Virus record (IMG/VR): IMGVR_UViG_2671180338_000008
Span: 1-9,979 of that record
Direction: 5' to 3' (one strand)
Source: a virus
Lineage: Duplodnaviria; Heunggongvirae; Uroviricota; Caudoviricetes
DNA length: 9,979 nucleotides
Shown here: positions 6,966 to 9,979 of the stretch, piece by piece
Position numbering within the stretch: position 1 is the first letter of the stretch
Layout: every line of letters begins with the position of its first letter
Position numbers and translations under genes: made by a program
The notes under the pieces: model-generated
Database searches by the model: none
What the model was told of the DNA's origin: nothing
The model's input: the letters and a program-made list of their open reading frames with translations, nothing else

Positions 6966-8368
6966 CAGGCCTGTCTCCCCAGCTGTTCCCAGATATCCAG
7001 CGATGTATCGATTGGCGCGAAGGCCATAATGAATGCATCAGCAACGTTTGGTGACGGTATCTCGCGTTTTGCGAGGTCTTTTTTACTTTCGACCATCACA
7101 CGTCCGTTACGGTCGAAATCACGATGAGGTGTTGTCAGTTCCAGTTTCAGCTTTTCAAGCAACGGACAACGAGAATCTATGCTGATCAGCTCATCCACAG
7201 GATACTGTTCTCCGTTGTTAATGGCGTTAAACGTATTTCTGAAACGGTCAGCCACCAGCCACCATGCCTGAGCCTTAAGATTTGCGAAAAAGTCTTTGTT
7301 GGGGATGCCGTTGTACTCGTCATCTGGCTCATGCACACCAGCACCGGCGTTAAACCTCTGGTAATTCACACGTCGCGCGTATGCGTTCTCGCTCTTCCGG
7401 TCAGCGTTAATTTCAGAGAATTTAGCACCGGCAGACGCACCAACACCGATAGAGTCGTAAACAATATCTGCTTCACGCTCCAGCGCCGCCTGATAAGTAC
7501 GCTGGCAGCTCTTCAGTAATTCATCTTCTTTGGCCTTCCATTCGTCGGCCCAGAAAACAACGGATCCGTGACGGTAAACGTTAGCGCACTTATCTGTACC
7601 ACTGTCAGCCACGTCAAAGCCAATACGCTTTCTTCCACTGGGTTCGAAATTTAACGTTTTGTGCGCATCCACTGCGGCTTCTATCCAAGACAGTTTGATG
7701 ATTGCCGCATCATCATCAGACTCCGGAACGCCCTCATACACATGTTTAAAACCATCCGGATCACGGCGTCGCGCCGCGTCGATAACCTTAAGCATGGTGT
7801 CAGACAGAAACGGATTTTCGTCATAGTTAATTTTGCGGATGAGAGTGCCTTCGGGCGGATCAACAACGAAGTTGCGCCAGACGAAATCAGTAACAAGTCC
7901 GGGGTTGAATATGAACCAGCATTCCGAACCCTCTTTACGGATCGTTGGCTCCAGAATTTTCCACTGGTATTCCGTCAGTGCGTGGGCTTCTTCCAGCCAC
8001 AACACATCGATCCCCTCCAGTGACTTAATTTCTTCGATGTTGCGCCATAATCCATAAAAAACAAATTCCGAGCCAGTAACCCGGTTAATGATTTTGTTGT
8101 TCAGAATACGGAAACGGTGCCGCAGACCAAACCTGTCTATCTGAATTTTGAGCAGGGTATACACCGACTCTTCGATTTTATTCTGGATCTGACGGGCACA
8201 ACAAAAACGCAGGGTGTATTTATTCGACAGAAATATGGCAATGCCAGCGGCATCCCATGATTTTGACGATGACCGACCACCATAAAGCACTTTGTTACGT
8301 GCCCGCATAGTCCAGAAACTACGTAAAGCCGGATTCAGCGTCGGTTTGGATGTCAGAGTAGAAGTCAT
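6965..8368 (-). CDS. Phage terminase large subunit (Terminase_3 / PBSX-type), about 467 aa
   Basis: N-terminal NPALRSFW...ARNKVLYGGRSSSKS (Walker A P-loop), then WLEEAH (Walker B-like) and a C-terminal nuclease-like region. Start chosen at ATG 8366-8368 (MTSTLTSKPTLNPALRSFW...) with GGAGAG 10 nt upstream. The ORF-track start at 8476 is a TTG far upstream and unlikely. Alternative ATGs at 8384-8386 and 8393-8395. Confidence 0.85.
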   Translation of the reverse strand: MTSTLTSKPTLNPALRSFWTMRARNKVLYGGRSSSKSWDAAGIAIFLSNKYTLRFCCARQIQNKIEESVYTLLKIQIDRFGLRHRFRILNNKIINRVTGSEFVFYGLWRNIEEIKSLEGIDVLWLEEAHALTEYQWKILEPTIRKEGSECWFIFNPGLVTDFVWRNFVVDPPEGTLIRKINYDENPFLSDTMLKVIDAARRRDPDGFKHVYEGVPESDDDAAIIKLSWIEAAVDAHKTLNFEPSGRKRIGFDVADSGTDKCANVYRHGSVVFWADEWKAKEDELLKSCQRTYQAALEREADIVYDSIGVGASAGAKFSEINADRKSENAYARRVNYQRFNAGAGVHEPDDEYNGIPNKDFFANLKAQAWWLVADRFRNTFNAINNGEQYPVDELISIDSRCPLLEKLKLELTTPHRDFDRNGRVMVESKKDLAKREIPSPNVADAFIMAFAPIDTSLDIWEQLGRQA

Positions 8369-9083
8369 TGAGGTCACGCTCTCCATTGCCATCATCAATA
8401 CCTGCATCACGGCGAAGACGATCAGCCTCCAGAGACACCTTATCAGTGGCGGCCTTGCGGTAGGCTGTATCAGCAAATATTTTTCCTACCGTCGCAAGCG
8501 TGCCAACGATGGACTCAATACGAACTGTATTGCGCATCATTGCTTTCTCGGCGGCGCTGATATTTTCAATCAGCATCTTCCTTTCCTGGTCCCCATTAGC
8601 ATCTTCCAGCGACACCAACCACCGACCAATATTCTCTGCAGCGACAAGGTTGTTAGCACGAAGGCGAAATAATTCGTCCTCGAGCGTCAACGCTTTAGCG
8701 TCCTCTATCACCTCATCTTTGAGCAGAAGGCGACGGGCATAACCACCGTGTTTTAATGCCTGCTGGTTACCGGGTTGGAATGGGTTAGTCGGGGGATCGG
8801 TACGCATTCCGCGTATCGGTTTCGTATCCGGTGTAGATTCTGTTTTTAGTTGCGTACTTTTTTGTGTAAGGCCAGTAATGGCAGGCTTTCTGCTGGTACG
8901 CACTTTCCTTTTTTGCGTACCATTTTTGCAAACCTGCGTACCGCCACTGCGTGCCCAACCAAGCTTTTTGGCCCTCTTCCTGATAGCCCCTTCTGTAACG
9001 CCGTATTTCTCGCCTATATCACGGAGGCTAAGGACTCCGGCCCGGTATGCCGATTCGATGGCCTCCCAGTCCGGTTTTGCCAT
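8319..9083 (-). CDS. Phage terminase small subunit (254 aa)
   Basis: ATG 9081-9083 with AGGAAG 7 nt upstream. N-terminal HTH-like segment (LSLRDIGEKYGVTEGAIRKRAKKLGW) typical of small terminase DNA-binding domains. Sits immediately upstream of the large terminase; its 3' end overlaps the chosen terL start by 50 nt. Confidence 0.8.
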   Translation of the reverse strand: MAKPDWEAIESAYRAGVLSLRDIGEKYGVTEGAIRKRAKKLGWARSGGTQVCKNGTQKRKVRTSRKPAITGLTQKSTQLKTESTPDTKPIRGMRTDPPTNPFQPGNQQALKHGGYARRLLLKDEVIEDAKALTLEDELFRLRANNLVAAENIGRWLVSLEDANGDQERKMLIENISAAEKAMMRNTVRIESIVGTLATVGKIFADTAYRKAATDKVSLEADRLRRDAGIDDGNGERDLNDFYSDIQTDAESGFT

Positions 9084-9280
9084 GATTATGCTTCCTGTGA
9101 TTTACTGTTATCGCTGCCTGTCACAATAGGTTGCTTTAATTCTTCCTCATCACTCACTCCTGCGACGCTCCGTGGCAGGGCCCCCCACAGGAGTACCTTG
9201 TAAATGTAAGGTGTTTAAGCCTAAATTAAGTCGTATCACGGTTAAATAGCAAAGAAAAATTCACAGAAGGAAAGACATTG

Positions 9281-9790
9281 ATGGAGTGGATAAATGCTTT
9301 GATGAACTATTTTGTACTTCATCCATATCGCCTATGGGGGCTTCTTTTTATAATAGCGTTCACAAAATCCACTTTACTCATTTCGGCGATATTGCCACCA
9401 GCATCAATTATGATGGCCACTGTAATTACAGTCAGCAAGACGACTCTTTCACCATGGGAAGCTGGAATCACGGTCATGAGTGGCGCATGGTGCGGTACTA
9501 TCGTTAATTACCATCTTGGTATAATAATTGGGCATATCCCTCAACTTGCATGTATAATATCAAGCCGTTCCAATACAATAGAACGGGTTCGCCTTCAGTT
9601 GCAAAATAACTCTGTGTCAATACTTTTCACTTCGCGCTTTATCGCCGTGCTGCGTTATATTGCTCCTTTGGTGGCAGGAATGTTGCAACTTCATCCAGTG
9701 AAAGTGTATACAGTGAGTCTGATTTCAGCTGCTAGCTGGTCAGCACTTTATGTTGGTAGTTTTAGCTTCGTGTTGCCTTTTTTTAGCTAA
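9281..9790 (+). CDS. Small inner-membrane protein, DedA/YqaA-like (about 169 aa)
   Basis: Hydrophobic segments throughout; weak resemblance to the COG1238/YqaA family (...GTIVNYHLG..., ...VLRYIAPLVAG...), recalled from memory. ATG at 9281 preceded by AAGGAAAG; the track ORF starts at TTG 9278. About 40% GC, unlike the adjacent phage module. Confidence 0.5.
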   Translation: MEWINALMNYFVLHPYRLWGLLFIIAFTKSTLLISAILPPASIMMATVITVSKTTLSPWEAGITVMSGAWCGTIVNYHLGIIIGHIPQLACIISSRSNTIERVRLQLQNNSVSILFTSRFIAVLRYIAPLVAGMLQLHPVKVYTVSLISAASWSALYVGSFSFVLPFFS

Positions 9791-9878
9791 ACTGCCCATA
9801 AAAAGCTCTTGCGAATCCAGCTTCCCCCATTCCTCTGACAACAGAATCTGATTTGAAGGATAATGAGTAAAATTACCG

Positions 9879-9979
9879 CTACCCCCCAAGGCATTGGATC
9901 CTGATGTACTCCTGAAGCATTCTCAATGCTGTCTGGTCGCTGATGATTCCGTCCCGGATACCGAGAACGTTTCGTCCAG
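9879..9979 (-). CDS. Possible 3' end of a gene entering from beyond the right edge (partial)
   Basis: Minus-strand frame open from the window edge reads ...GRNVLGIRDGIISDQTALRMLQEYIRIQCLGG* with stop TAG at 9879-9881. A second frame is also open through this region, so the assignment is weak. Confidence 0.25.
   Translation of the reverse strand, partial: GRNVLGIRDGIISDQTALRMLQEYIRIQCLGG

Noticed and set aside
6965-8476. Long 503-aa version of the large terminase starting at 8476
   Set aside because: That start is a TTG, it would overlap terS by 158 nt, and it adds a non-conserved hydrophobic leader. The ATG at 8366-8368 with GGAGAG upstream, just before the conserved NPALRSFW...GGRSSSKS region, is more plausible.
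5503-8742. Antisense or alternative-frame ORFs across portal and terminase genes (5503-5946, 5777-6031, 6240-6689, 6864-7127, 7124-7519, 7661-8023, 7681-7896, 7833-8057, 8292-8672, 8500-8742)
   Set aside because: Embedded in the portal, terL and terS coding regions on the opposite strand or in a different frame; no Shine-Dalgarno or family resemblance.
8850-9507. Track ORFs 8850-9203, 8878-9129 and 9286-9507
   Set aside because: The first two are antisense to terS and its upstream region; the third is an out-of-frame GTG-initiated ORF inside the membrane-protein gene.
1-9979. tRNA, rRNA, CRISPR array or defence system
   Set aside because: No tRNA-like conserved arms, no rRNA-like sequence and no regularly spaced direct repeats with unique spacers were seen. 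The only tandem repeat (1788-1829) has 2.6 abutting copies and no spacers. No recognisable defence-system genes are present.

Overview
This window reads as an IS-riddled, decaying prophage remnant in an Escherichia/Shigella-type chromosome (host inferred from the IS content). From left to right: (1) 1-793, the left ~790 bp of an IS629/IS1203-like IS3-family element on the minus strand, running off the window start, with a frameshifted orfA and an orfB carrying an in-frame TAG plus a frameshift; (2) 794-~1723, the 3' part of a second, AT-rich IS3-family element (IS150 group) on the plus strand, cut in orfA by the IS629-like insertion and carrying an in-frame TAA in orfB; (3) ~1724-2347, unassigned DNA with a 16-bp tandem repeat, a perfect 13-bp-arm hairpin and a 96-codon ORF that abuts IS1; (4) 2348-3115, a complete 768-bp IS1 (insA/insB) on the minus strand with no target-site duplication; (5) 3131-9083, a minus-strand phage head-morphogenesis module: small terminase, large terminase, portal (interrupted by two in-frame TAG codons), Mu-F-like head morphogenesis protein, a protease/scaffold-like protein with an internal in-frame start, and a 168-aa protein of unknown function; tail, major-capsid, lysis, regulation and integration genes are absent; (6) 9281-9790, an AT-rich plus-strand gene for a small DedA/YqaA-like membrane protein, then a short partial minus-strand ORF at the right edge. 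I found no tRNA, rRNA or CRISPR array and no convincing novel defence or other system. The most notable signals are the in-frame stop codons and frameshifts spread across unrelated genes and the IS1-bounded truncation of the phage module. All family assignments come from reading the translations against remembered protein families; no database search was run.
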